Counted from the stretch's first letter, positions 1 to 9,663 are shown. The stretch: DNA of 54,080 bases from a bacterium (GCA_046757525.1 JBHHYI010000007.1:1-54080), one strand, 5' to 3'. A program made the numbers and translations. The notes: generated by a model from the letters alone, not told the origin.

Positions 1-43
1 TCAGCACTGTGCAGCCAGGGGACAAGATTCCTCCAGAATGACA
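1..43. repeat. Partial TGTCATTC...GAATGACA palindromic repeat, cut by the window edge
   Basis: Reverse complement matches 36193-36235 at 37/43 nt. Confidence 0.8.
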
Positions 44-83
44 TTGGAGGTTGTGATAAAGGACGGCGACAACGGAGCGTTTC

Positions 84-488
84 CTAAAAGGCTCCGGTCG
101 CAACGATTAATTCGGGCAGGGAAGGAAAGCTTAACTCGTCGTTCCTGTTGCGACTGCGCACGTGAAGGAAATATCTTGCATTCGGCTGCAAATCTGCAAG
201 GGTGCAGGCATGTTGATTCTTGTCGACCATGACCGGGGGAGGTAGTTTCTTGATAGCGGTTAGAATCAGGCTTTCGTTGGCGTAATAGATGTTGTAGCCC
301 TCGAAGTCGGGCAGAGCTTCGTCAGCGCTGGCTTCCCAGGTGATTCTGATCTCGCCGTGTTCATAAGAGGCCCGCGCCTTATGCGGCGGGTCGAGTTCGG
401 TGACGTCTTTGACCTTGGGAACCGTGCTGGCACAGCCCAACACAAGCAGCATAGGAGTGAATATGTAGAGAGCGAACTTTTTAGGCAT
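84..488 (-). CDS. Lipoprotein with fibronectin type III-like domain
   Basis: Lipobox VLGC; ITWEA...FEGYNIYY...LQPNARYFLHVRSRN FN3 pattern; start overlaps the upstream gene's stop. Confidence 0.8.
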   Translation of the reverse strand: MPKKFALYIFTPMLLVLGCASTVPKVKDVTELDPPHKARASYEHGEIRITWEASADEALPDFEGYNIYYANESLILTAIKKLPPPVMVDKNQHACTLADLQPNARYFLHVRSRNRNDELSFPSLPELIVATGAF

Positions 489-1023
489 CGATTAAGATGA
501 CTTTGACGGGAACGGCAGGGAAATGTCTTTTCAATCTTTCGATGTCGTACACCAACTGTTCCCCATAGGAAACAGCACTGGACATTTGTTTATACAGGGC
601 GTGACAAGGAACAATTTCAACGCCGACTTCAGCTTTGTTTTCATTAAAAAAGTATTGGAATTTTGCCAAATCGTAGAACATAAAAGCGTACTTGCCAAAC
701 TGGACCTCAATAAGTACGCCTTCTTTTACGAAATCAATTTGTTTAAACGAACCTCTGATGGAAATATCGCAGTTAGGAATGCTGATCGAATAATTCTCTC
801 GCAATTGGCGATAATTCCTCGATGAAAATGCTTTGAGAAACTGTTGGTTCATATCTTTTGGCGAGAACAATTTTCTTCCATGCATCGTTTTTTCTTTGCT
901 GATTTTTGTCTTCTTTGCAACGACTTCATCAATTATTTCATATATCTCGCCTGAGTATTTTGGATAGTGTACTTGCAGTATTTCTGCCCCACCTAAATGA
1001 GAGTACTCATACACAATTCTCAT
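481..1023 (-). CDS. Type II restriction endonuclease, BglII/BstYI family
   Basis: YSHLGG N-terminus; QIDFVK...IEVQFGKY (D...ExQ active site); ATGA overlap with the methyltransferase. Confidence 0.88.
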   Translation of the reverse strand: MRIVYEYSHLGGAEILQVHYPKYSGEIYEIIDEVVAKKTKISKEKTMHGRKLFSPKDMNQQFLKAFSSRNYRQLRENYSISIPNCDISIRGSFKQIDFVKEGVLIEVQFGKYAFMFYDLAKFQYFFNENKAEVGVEIVPCHALYKQMSSAVSYGEQLVYDIERLKRHFPAVPVKVILIDA

Positions 1024-1982
1024 TTTTCGCTTTCCGTGGGGGCAAAGTGTTCAGGATTCTCAAGCAATGTTAACTGACTTTCTTGGGAACCGAGCTTGAC
1101 TCTTTGCGGTGGTAAGTTTCTCGAAGGATTTACAGGGTCAAATACGCCTCGCTCCATAGGGCGAATTCTCAAGACACCCTTTTCCGCTAACTGAACGCGT
1201 TCTCTCGCAACGGCTACGTATTCCGATTTGATTTCAGCGCCTATTGCCTTTCGGTTGTGCATTAAGGCAGCGATGGCGGTCGTACCCACGCCCATAAACG
1301 GGTCCAAAACCCAATCTCCTGCATTGGTCATAGACAAAACCAAGCGTTCAATTAGTTCAACGGGAAACTGGCACGGGTGTACGGTTTTTTCAACATGGTT
1401 CGCTTTCACATTGGGGATGTCCCAAACATCACCTGGGTTCTTCCCCAGGGGATTGCCGGAAAGTTCGCCTTTCTTAGGGCCTTTAAAGTGTTTCTTGTTT
1501 GGATACTTTTGGGGGAGGCGTACCGAATCCAGGTTAAAGGTGTAGTCGTCATTTTTTGTGAACCACAACAACGCCTCGTATCTGCCGGAGAATCGCTTTG
1601 AAGCATGGAGGCCATGACCGAAATGCCAAATAATCCGGTTGCGCAAATGCAGGCCCAAAGAAGAGAATATTGGAAAAAGAACGATGTCAAGAGGAATAAT
1701 TTCACCATTTTCAACGTAATTTCCGACCTGCCAACAAATACTTCCCCTTTCTTTCAATACGCGCACGCACTCTCCTATAACTTTTCTTTGCTGCACGAGA
1801 TAATCCTGCAGCTTTAAACGTTTTTCATAGGGTTTGCCCAGATTGTAAGGAGGCGAGGTGACGACTAACTGAACAAATCTATCCGGAATTTTTCTGAGCA
1901 ATTCAAGGCAATCAGATTCGTAAAGAATAAAATTTGCCGAAGGATCAAATTTTGACGAAATCTTCAATTTGTGCATTGACAA
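1020..1982 (-). CDS. Beta-class amino-DNA methyltransferase, probably N4-cytosine; alternative ATG start at 1976
   Basis: Catalytic TSPPYN precedes SAM-binding DPFMGVGTT; HPCQFP motif. Confidence 0.92.
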   Translation of the reverse strand: MSMHKLKISSKFDPSANFILYESDCLELLRKIPDRFVQLVVTSPPYNLGKPYEKRLKLQDYLVQQRKVIGECVRVLKERGSICWQVGNYVENGEIIPLDIVLFPIFSSLGLHLRNRIIWHFGHGLHASKRFSGRYEALLWFTKNDDYTFNLDSVRLPQKYPNKKHFKGPKKGELSGNPLGKNPGDVWDIPNVKANHVEKTVHPCQFPVELIERLVLSMTNAGDWVLDPFMGVGTTAIAALMHNRKAIGAEIKSEYVAVARERVQLAEKGVLRIRPMERGVFDPVNPSRNLPPQRVKLGSQESQLTLLENPEHFAPTESEK

Positions 1983-2027
1983 TTTTTGTTAGTTCTTGCA
2001 GGCAGGAGAATACTTTGAGTCACCCCC

Positions 2028-2056
2028 AATATACCCAACCCAGGAGGATTTGTCAA
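2028..2056 (-). promoter_or_regulatory. Sigma-70-type promoter for the R-M genes
   Basis: TTGACA-17 nt-TATATT on the minus strand, about 50 nt upstream of the methyltransferase. Confidence 0.7.
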
Positions 2057-2109
2057 GTGGATATTTGGCTGAGATTGACGACGACTCTCGAAACGGTGTT
2101 CTTGTGCGT

Positions 2110-3756
2110 CTATTGGTCGGGAGTTTTGAGTTCCATTCTTTTCAACACCCACCCGTCCGGATCAAAAATGAGCTGGCTCGGCTTTTCGGCAGACGCGAAA
2201 GAAAATGTATTTGTCTTGGCATCCACCCAAATGGTTTCCCTGCGGCTGCTATGCGCGTAATCCAATTGGACGGTCAAAGGCATGCGAAAAATCTGACCGG
2301 TTTGATTTTGTGAAATGGAAATCTCTACCGTGCGCTTTTCTGCCTTCCAGGTCCAGGAGGCCAGATATTCGGGATAGCCTCCGGCGAAAATCCATTCGTT
2401 GAAAAACCAATCCAAAGACTGGCCGTAAGACATTTCCATGACCTTCTGAAAATCTCGGGTGAGCGCATTGCCTTCCTGGAATCGATGGTAGTAAGCCCGA
2501 ATGCCGGCGAAAAACTTATCGTCCCCCATGATGCCGCGCAGCATGTGCAACACCCAACTTCCCTTTTGGTAATTGTTTGGATTTAGGAGTCGGAACAGAT
2601 CGGTGACGGTTGTGTCCACAATCGCTTTGGGCCCCACGCGCACTTGAAATGCGACGATGCGTTTCCTTTGTGCCGCCATGCTATTTCTCAACACAGCTTT
2701 GCCCTGGATGTGCTCGAAAAACAGAGTGGCAAAATAGGTGGCGAATCCTTCGCTCAGCCAGAGGTGGTACCAGTCAGACTCGGTGACGGAGTCGCCGAAC
2801 CACTGGTGAGCAATTTCGTGGGCCACGGTTCCGGTAATTAGATGCTCACCCGTAATGGATTTCTCGTCAAAAAATATGGCGCTGCTGTTCTCCATGCCAC
2901 CAAATCGGGTGGTAGACTGCACCAAAGCCAGCTTTTCGTAAGGGTAGGGCGCGATCAAGCTTGAATAATAAGCCAACATTTGCCCCGCCTTCTGGAAATC
3001 AGCCTCACCTGCTTTGCTGTCCTTTGGATAAACATAAAAGGCAAGGGGCACTGTTGTGGCATGGCTATTTTGAAGCACCGAGAAGTGCGCGGCCCCGAAC
3101 ACCATGCAGTAGGTTGGGATGGGCTCGTTTTCAATCCAGTGAGAGGTTTTCCGACCGTTTTTCAGTTGGGTCTCCCCAATCAGCTTGCCGTTTGCGACGA
3201 CTTTGTAGTCAGCGGGACCGGTGATTTTGAATTCGACGGTAGCCTTGTCGGAGGGATGGTCAATCCCTGGAAACCAGAAGTGCGCGCGATTCGGCCAATT
3301 GTCTGAAAAGGCCACCCAATCGCCAAATTTGTTGGCTCCCAAGTACAGACCGTCCTGCGGCGTGCCGTGATAATAAATGCTCACCGTGTTGTGTTTTTTC
3401 TTAAGCCAGGGACTGCCAAGGGAAATTGTGATGCGGTTCTTGTCATATTGGAACGCCAACTTTTGGCTTGCTCCTGAAACTGAATCCACGAACATATCCG
3501 CAAAATCCAGTGCCAGCGTTGAAGCGGACGAATCTTGCAGATTGAAGGTCACATCCGTATGTCCGGCAATCTCCTTAGAATTTGGTGTGATCTCTACTTC
3601 GATTTGGTACCTGGTCACATCGATTCCTTTCTGACGGAGATACCCGTCCCCGGAGAACGCTGGATCTTGCGCCGAGATCACCTGGGCGGTCACTACCGCG
3701 CAGAGGGAAAGTACAAAAGCCTTCATCATGGTTTTGAATGGTTGGTTGTTGGCCAT
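2110..3756 (-). CDS. Secreted M1 family metallo-aminopeptidase (start 3756 or 3729, not 4017)
   Basis: GGMEN and HEIAHQW...LSEG (HExxH-x18-E); YQKG motif; signal peptide MMKAFVLSLCAVVTAQVISA. Confidence 0.92.
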   Translation of the reverse strand: MANNQPFKTMMKAFVLSLCAVVTAQVISAQDPAFSGDGYLRQKGIDVTRYQIEVEITPNSKEIAGHTDVTFNLQDSSASTLALDFADMFVDSVSGASQKLAFQYDKNRITISLGSPWLKKKHNTVSIYYHGTPQDGLYLGANKFGDWVAFSDNWPNRAHFWFPGIDHPSDKATVEFKITGPADYKVVANGKLIGETQLKNGRKTSHWIENEPIPTYCMVFGAAHFSVLQNSHATTVPLAFYVYPKDSKAGEADFQKAGQMLAYYSSLIAPYPYEKLALVQSTTRFGGMENSSAIFFDEKSITGEHLITGTVAHEIAHQWFGDSVTESDWYHLWLSEGFATYFATLFFEHIQGKAVLRNSMAAQRKRIVAFQVRVGPKAIVDTTVTDLFRLLNPNNYQKGSWVLHMLRGIMGDDKFFAGIRAYYHRFQEGNALTRDFQKVMEMSYGQSLDWFFNEWIFAGGYPEYLASWTWKAEKRTVEISISQNQTGQIFRMPLTVQLDYAHSSRRETIWVDAKTNTFSFASAEKPSQLIFDPDGWVLKRMELKTPDQ

Positions 3757-3934
3757 TTTTGTCTTAAAACCAAAGTTAGCAATCGTAACTGCCATTTCAA
3801 AAGATTTTTTTGGGACGACTGCATGGCAAGGATTTCCGGCGGGACAGGCAGCAAAGATAATTGTTGCAAACGTTAGAATTAAGTTGTATATTGAATATTT
3901 TAATGGAAGGAATTTCAAGAAAATTAGCAAGTTT

Positions 3935-4663
3935 ATGCGATACGCCATCATTTCAGATATCCACGGGAATCTCGAGGCTTTGCAGCGCGTGCTTGAAGAG
4001 ATCGAAACAAGAAACATTGGTGAGATTCTTTGTTTAGGGGATGTTGTTGGCTATGGCCCTAACCCAAACGAATGTGTGGAGATTGTTCGGAAACATGCCA
4101 AGATCACTCTGGCTGGAAACCACGATTATGCTCCATTGGGCAGATTAGACCTCTCCTATTTCAATCCCTGGGCCAGAAGCGCGGTTGAATGGACCGGCGA
4201 GGAGTTGACCCCTGCGTCCACAGAATTCCTGATGAATCTGCCTTTAATGGCACAGATGGACGGTTTTGCCATCGTTCATGCCACCCCACTCAATCCGGAA
4301 GAGTGGAACTACATTACCACTGTGGGGGACGCCGTCATCAATTTTCCCGAGTTCCAGGGGCAGGTTTGTTTTATTGGACATTCGCATGTTCCTTTGAACA
4401 TTGTCATGAATGGAAATGGTGCATGTGACGTTGAGAAGCAGAATCCCATGCCACTGTTGGAAGGGAAACGTTACATTATTAATGTGGGCAGCGTGGGCCA
4501 ACCAAGAGATTTCAATTCAAAGGCTTCGTTTGGGGTTTACGACAGCGATGAGAAGGTTTTCGAGCTGGTACGCACTGTCTATGATTTGGCTTCCACGCAA
4601 AAGAAGATACGGGACGCAGGTCTGCCCGATTTCCTGGCGGAACGGCTGGCCAGAGGCCAATAA
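3935..4663 (+). CDS. Metallophosphoesterase (calcineurin-like)
   Basis: SDIHGN, GDVVGYG, GNHD, GHSH, NVGSVGQPRD motifs; likely start MRYAII. Confidence 0.92.
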   Translation: MRYAIISDIHGNLEALQRVLEEIETRNIGEILCLGDVVGYGPNPNECVEIVRKHAKITLAGNHDYAPLGRLDLSYFNPWARSAVEWTGEELTPASTEFLMNLPLMAQMDGFAIVHATPLNPEEWNYITTVGDAVINFPEFQGQVCFIGHSHVPLNIVMNGNGACDVEKQNPMPLLEGKRYIINVGSVGQPRDFNSKASFGVYDSDEKVFELVRTVYDLASTQKKIRDAGLPDFLAERLARGQ

Positions 4664-4818
4664 AGCTTGTCACTTAAAGTTCAATCAATCCAATAGAATC
4701 CTCATGCTTGACGGGAACGGATTAGCCCTAATTGACAGAATTATTTGCCCGGAGAAAGTCGTCAAAAGCGTACGAAAGTGGGTAATTAATACATTAACTG
4801 GACGAGGAGGCATCAACT

Positions 4819-5328
4819 ATGGAATTGGTTAAAAGAGACAACCCAAAGAGCTTTATGCTCTCTGAAGAGGTCTACAACGAAGTGTCCGGGCTTTTGGACG
4901 AGTTAGCCTTGAAACTCAGAGCCGACATGGTAGTCATCTGTGACACTAACGGCTATCCAGTTTGCCACAAAGGAGAAAACCCTGATCTTGATTTGTGGGC
5001 GTTGTCCTCCCTGGCTGCGAATAATTTTTCGGCAACCGCAGAAATAGCTTCCATGATAGGCGAAAAGGACAGTTTCAAATTCCTGTTTCATGAAGGCCAG
5101 CGTGTCAACATCTACCTGTCCAATGTTGGCTTTACTTTTATCCTGATGATCATATTCAAGGCAGACGTCGCGTTGGGAATGGTCAGGATTTTTACCAACA
5201 AAGCCATCAAAGAGCTCAACGAATTGCTAAAATCAGCCAAAGAAGCAGAGGAGAGTGCGAAAGAGTTCCTCGACCTGGAATTCAAGAGTCTGTTGAGCAA
5301 AGAGCTGGATCGCTCTTTTAAATTATGA
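4819..5328 (+). CDS. mglB: Roadblock/LC7 protein, MglB-like
   Basis: LSSLAANNFSATAEIASMIGEKDSF..LFHEG...LGMVR; SD GGAGG; adjacent to mglA. Confidence 0.85.
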   Translation: MELVKRDNPKSFMLSEEVYNEVSGLLDELALKLRADMVVICDTNGYPVCHKGENPDLDLWALSSLAANNFSATAEIASMIGEKDSFKFLFHEGQRVNIYLSNVGFTFILMIIFKADVALGMVRIFTNKAIKELNELLKSAKEAEESAKEFLDLEFKSLLSKELDRSFKL

Positions 5329-5347
5329 TTTTAGCCAGCCGTTGGAC

Positions 5348-5932
5348 ATGTTTATCAATTGGGGCCTACAAGAAATCAACCTCAAGATCGTCTATTACGG
5401 TCCTGGTTTGAGTGGAAAGACAACCAATCTTCAATACATCTACAACCATCTTGATCCCAACAACCGTGGTGATCTGATCAGCCTGAAAACTCGCGAAGAA
5501 CGCACGCTGTATTTTGATTTTTTGCAGCTAAATCTGGGACGTATTAAAGGGAAAAAGCCCAGGTTCAATTTGTACACCGTGCCAGGCCAGGTTTATTACA
5601 CGTTCAGTCGAAAAATAATCCTTCGGGGCGTAGACGGCCTTGTATTTGTGGCAGATTCGCAGAAGCACCGAACCGAGGACAACCTGGACTCCATCTTAGA
5701 CCTGGAAAAGAATCTGATTGCAATGAACCAATCTCTGCAGGATTTTCCCTGGATCATCCAGTACAATAAAAGGGATCTGCCCCACACTGAAACCGTGGAA
5801 ACTTTGCAAGCCAAACTCAACTACTACAACGTTCCCTATTTCAGTGCGATTGCCAGTGAAGGCATTGGCGTCATTCAAACCTTGAAGTCGATCATCACGG
5901 CTGTTGTGGCCAGAGTGGAAACGTTGGTTTAA
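5348..5932 (+). CDS. mglA: MglA-family small GTPase
   Basis: KIVYYGPGLSGKTTNL, RTLYFDF, TVPGQVYY, QYNKRDL. Confidence 0.93.
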   Translation: MFINWGLQEINLKIVYYGPGLSGKTTNLQYIYNHLDPNNRGDLISLKTREERTLYFDFLQLNLGRIKGKKPRFNLYTVPGQVYYTFSRKIILRGVDGLVFVADSQKHRTEDNLDSILDLEKNLIAMNQSLQDFPWIIQYNKRDLPHTETVETLQAKLNYYNVPYFSAIASEGIGVIQTLKSIITAVVARVETLV

Positions 5933-5953
5933 TCAAACGAGGGAAAACTTGGC

Positions 5954-6337
5954 ATGAACCAAATTCAATCGCCGCAGTTGGTCATCGAAGCAAAAATGAA
6001 AGAGATTTCCGAGCTTGGTCATTACGACATGGTGCATTTGTTTTCCAGTGAAGGGTTGCCTTTGGCGGAGTTTTATGGCGAAGTGATCCTCAGCAAGGAT
6101 CGTTTGGCAGAATTGTCTCTGCTGTTTCGAGAAGTCAGAAAGATGGCCGATGTCATGGGCCAGATTTCGAGCATTAAGGAGATGATCATCGAAGGGTATA
6201 ATCGCAGAAAGATCGTTTTCAGGTTTTTCCAGGCCTTCGATCAGGAAGTGATCCTGGCCATAGTTGTTCCTCCCAGAAAAGCCTACCGCGGACTCACCAA
6301 CTCCTTGGTTCGACTCATCGAGAGAATTCCATATTGA
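5954..6337 (+). CDS. Second roadblock/profilin-like fold protein
   Basis: 127 aa; LFSSEGLPLAE resembles the roadblock xxDGLxxA motif; 21 nt after mglA. Confidence 0.6.
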   Translation: MNQIQSPQLVIEAKMKEISELGHYDMVHLFSSEGLPLAEFYGEVILSKDRLAELSLLFREVRKMADVMGQISSIKEMIIEGYNRRKIVFRFFQAFDQEVILAIVVPPRKAYRGLTNSLVRLIERIPY

Positions 6338-6387
6338 GCACCACAGATTTACCATGGTTGCCAGCTTTTAGAGGTTACCCCTAAATA

Positions 6388-6428
6388 GCAAAAGCCGCCC
6401 GGCGCGTCTCCCGAACACCGAGCGGCTT
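6388..6428 (-). terminator. Intrinsic terminator; may also stop the convergent mgl transcript
   Basis: AAGCCGCUCGGUGU/GCGCCGGGCGGCUU 14-bp stem with 3 G-U pairs, ending in UUUU. Confidence 0.7.
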
Positions 6429-6535
6429 GTTTATTAATCCGGCCGGGCCTCACAACTATATAGTTGCAACCGGATCACCTGCCAGCACTCCAGAGCTGCT
6501 TGCAACACAGTCTGTTGGTACCTCCATTTATTTAG
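6388..6535 (-). ncRNA. Candidate small RNA or short mRNA of about 150 nt
   Basis: Two hairpins whose extra pairs are G-U only on the minus strand; 3' terminator; extended -10 TGgTTTAAT at 6542-6550. Confidence 0.45.
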
Positions 6536-6631
6536 ACTCCGATTAAACCAGAAAACTCTCAGCAAGAAACAAAAAAAGCATTTTTTTCTCGAACCGACCG
6601 GAAGCGAAGCCTGCAGCCCAAAACGTTATAG

Positions 6632-6649
6632 TGTATCATATTTGATACA
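6632..6649. promoter_or_regulatory. Candidate operator palindrome
   Basis: TGTATCA-TATT-TGATACA perfect 7-bp inverted repeat in intergenic DNA. Confidence 0.45.
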
Positions 6650-6846
6650 ATGTATTCCGCATAAACACCAGAAGTGGGCGCCCTGGAGCATTTTTGGAGA
6701 AAACGCCGTGACGTGCCATCTTAGTAATGGTATTATAATCAATACCATAGAGTGTTACGTTGAGGGCTGGAGTTTTTTGGTACGGTTGTTGCTGAAATCT
6801 GGATTGGGTTACATGGTAACCCTAATTATACATGGAGGTATAAATC

Positions 6847-7410
6847 ATGAGAAAACAGTTGAGTCAACTTGGAATGGGGATTGTCCTGACTCTTCTGTTG
6901 CTGGGATTTTCTCATAAAAGGACTTATGGGTTAATCCCAGTTAACTCTAAAGGACTTTCCGACTTCTTCGCAGAGTTTTTAACTTCCCAACGTGCCGACA
7001 CCGACGCGGTTGAGAGCAAGCAAATCAATTCCTTGTTTGTGCGGCCACAGAAGAAAGAGTCGGTGGCCATGCTTATGCTGGTCGCCTATGACCAGGAAAT
7101 CGTCAACAGCGTCAGGGAAATAACCCAGACCAAGCAAACGGCTCTAATCTTTTCTGTTTCAACACTACCATATGCAGAGGTTCACTTCGAGCCTTCTTTT
7201 CTGATATTTAGGCAAGAAGGGCGTTCGTGGCATGCGGGAACAAAATCATCGCATGGTGATGTTTTCCCTCTGGGCAAAAATGCGAAATTCGGCGGCCTCA
7301 TAAACGACTCTGACATCCACCAGGGGGTTATCTTACTTCCGGAATGGTTTGATTTAAGCCTTCCTTTGACGATCCAATACCTGGACTATACCCGGGTCAT
7401 CAGTTTTTGA
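6847..7410 (+). CDS. Hypothetical exported protein
   Basis: SD GGAGGT, N-terminal hydrophobic segment, own terminator. Confidence 0.75.
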   Translation: MRKQLSQLGMGIVLTLLLLGFSHKRTYGLIPVNSKGLSDFFAEFLTSQRADTDAVESKQINSLFVRPQKKESVAMLMLVAYDQEIVNSVREITQTKQTALIFSVSTLPYAEVHFEPSFLIFRQEGRSWHAGTKSSHGDVFPLGKNAKFGGLINDSDIHQGVILLPEWFDLSLPLTIQYLDYTRVISF

Positions 7411-7432
7411 AAATGGTGTGCCCTGGACAGCG

Positions 7433-7465
7433 ACTCCTGATTAGTTTTAATCGGGAGTTTTTTTT
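7433..7465 (+). terminator. Intrinsic terminator
   Basis: ACTCCTGATTA-GTTT-TAATCGGGAGT followed by a T tract. Confidence 0.8.
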
Positions 7466-7533
7466 GCTCTCAATTCGCACCAAAACGAGCCAGAACTTCT
7501 CATGGATTGTTATTTTCTTGTTGGCCATCAAAA

Positions 7534-9441
7534 ATGAGACCACAGAATATTAAAATCTTGCTGGTTGAAGACAACCCGGACCACGCATTTCTCGCCAGGA
7601 GGTCTCTGGAAAAGGAGGGAGCAGTCGCTATCGAAGTCGTGCAATCGTACGAGAAGTGTTGCCAGGCTCTACGAAGGCAGCATTTTGACGTGATCTTGCT
7701 GGATTACGAATTGCCACAGGAAGATGGGCTCACCATTTTAAAACGTCTGGTCAACGACAAAAACATCCAGGCTCCCATTGTGGTGGTGACCGGGCATGGG
7801 CACGAAAAGATCGCTGTTGAGGCCATGAAAGCCGGTGCTTTTGATTACGTGGTCAAGAGCGATGAGTACCCGGCGCTTTTGCCGGAGCTCGTCCACCGAG
7901 TTTTGGACCGGTATCGCGTATATCGAGAAAAGAAAAAAATCGACGAAGAGCTTCGGGTCACCAAATTTCATCTGGAGAATCTGATTAACAGTTCGCTGGA
8001 CTTGATCATCTCGGTGAAGAATACCGGAGAATTTAGATTTTTCAACGACCGATTCGTGGAAATCATCGGATATTCTTCTGAGGAAATCTTTCAGAAACGA
8101 ATCTTAGACATCTTTCCGGAACAGCACAGAACGCTCCTCAAGAACAAGATTCGCGAAGTCAAACGTGGCCTATCCAGCATCTTTGAAACCGAAATCCAGA
8201 AATCGGACATGAGTCTTCTGCCGTGTCTGGTTTCCCAGTCTCCCCTCAAAGGCCAGGATGGCTTTCTCATGGTCATCAAAGACATTTCGAAAATCGTGAG
8301 TTTGAAAAAACGGCTTGCCCAGTCCGAGAAGCTATCGGCTTTGGGTCAGATGATTTCCGGCGTGGCCCACGAACTCAACAATCCGCTGGCCGGGATCTTA
8401 GGCTATTCCCAGCTCATTTTGTTGGAAGCTCTGTCTGACCAGATGCGCAGCGACATGGAAGTGATTGTGAAAGAAGCAAAACGGTGCCAAAAGATCGTCA
8501 AGAACTTGTTGACCTTCGCCCGCAAGCACAGCCCGGAACAGGAGCTGTTCGATATTAACGAAGTTTTGGGCAGTGTTTTGGAACTGCGGGCCTATCAACT
8601 GCAAGTCGATTCCATCGAAGTGGTCAAGGAACTGGGAAAGAGTCTGCCCTACATCCGGGGCGATTTTCAACAGCTTCAGCAAGTCTTTCTGAATCTGATC
8701 AACAATGCCCACTATGCCTTGAAACAATCTTCCAAAGAAACAAAGCAAATCGTACTACGGTCTAAACGGCAGGGTAGCAGCATCAAGGTCCAGGTGGTTG
8801 ACAACGGTGTTGGCATCGATTCAAAAACTCAAAATCGCATCTTTGATCCTTTCTTCACCACCAAGGAAATCGGCCAGGGAACGGGATTAGGCTTGAGCAT
8901 TTGCTATGGCATCATCCAAAATCATCAAGGCAATTTATATGTTGAAAGTAAACCGGGTGTAGGTTCCACCTTTGTCGTGGAACTGCCCGCGATTGAAGCT
9001 GAAAGTCTCCCCAAAGATGCCAAAGAAAGCCAACCATCAGTGCACAAGAGAACCCAAAAGATGGCGGCCATACGCTGCTTAGTCATCGACGATGAGAAAG
9101 TCATCATCGATTTGGTAAAGCGCATTCTGGGCCGGGAAGGGCACACCGTTGAGACCGCTCGCAACGGCGAGCAAGCCCTGCGGAAAATCGAGCAGAGTCA
9201 TTTTGACCTGCTCATCTGCGACGTCAAAATGCCGCAGATGAACGGCGAATCGCTGTACCATCTATTGAAGCAACAAGCTCCAGATTTGGCCGAAAAAACG
9301 ATATTCACCACCGGCGACATGATCAACCACGAAACCATGGACTTCCTGCACCAAACCCCCCATCCTTTTCTGCAAAAACCTTTTCACGCCGAAGAGCTGC
9401 TCACCTTAGTCAGAAACTTTTGTCAAGAATCAAGGGTTTGA
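7534..9441 (+). CDS. Soluble hybrid histidine kinase, REC-PAS-HisKA-HATPase-REC
   Basis: LLVEDN..LLDY; AHELNNPL; NLINNA, DNGVG, FDPFFTTK, GTGLGL; C-terminal receiver; no TM segments. Confidence 0.93.
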   Translation: MRPQNIKILLVEDNPDHAFLARRSLEKEGAVAIEVVQSYEKCCQALRRQHFDVILLDYELPQEDGLTILKRLVNDKNIQAPIVVVTGHGHEKIAVEAMKAGAFDYVVKSDEYPALLPELVHRVLDRYRVYREKKKIDEELRVTKFHLENLINSSLDLIISVKNTGEFRFFNDRFVEIIGYSSEEIFQKRILDIFPEQHRTLLKNKIREVKRGLSSIFETEIQKSDMSLLPCLVSQSPLKGQDGFLMVIKDISKIVSLKKRLAQSEKLSALGQMISGVAHELNNPLAGILGYSQLILLEALSDQMRSDMEVIVKEAKRCQKIVKNLLTFARKHSPEQELFDINEVLGSVLELRAYQLQVDSIEVVKELGKSLPYIRGDFQQLQQVFLNLINNAHYALKQSSKETKQIVLRSKRQGSSIKVQVVDNGVGIDSKTQNRIFDPFFTTKEIGQGTGLGLSICYGIIQNHQGNLYVESKPGVGSTFVVELPAIEAESLPKDAKESQPSVHKRTQKMAAIRCLVIDDEKVIIDLVKRILGREGHTVETARNGEQALRKIEQSHFDLLICDVKMPQMNGESLYHLLKQQAPDLAEKTIFTTGDMINHETMDFLHQTPHPFLQKPFHAEELLTLVRNFCQESRV

Positions 9442-9568
9442 AGGAAAGCTGGATTGCAACGACGCGCGCAGCGGCGGAGAAATCGGATTCGCGACATAGT
9501 AGCTATTTGGGTGCTTAACCAGATTTCTTCCCGGCGGTTGCCCATAGGCGTCAACTGAAGCCCCAGAC

Positions 9569-9663
9569 TGTCATTTCGAGTCAGGCGACTGCCTGACTGG
9601 CTGGTGCCCAAATCAGACCCCTCGACTACGTCCGGCAACTGCCGGACTCCGCTCGGGGTTACA
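9569..9663. repeat. Palindromic repeat with inserted hairpins
   Basis: TGTCATTTCGAG...CCCCTCGACTAC[GTCCGGCAACTGCCGGAC]TCCGCTCGGGGTTACA; related to 32163, 36095, 36559 and 47530. Confidence 0.7.

Noticed and set aside
3757..4017. N-terminal extensions of the aminopeptidase (to 4017) and phosphoesterase (from 3728)
   Set aside because: They would overlap head-to-head; the signal peptide and family motifs begin at 3756/3729 and 3935
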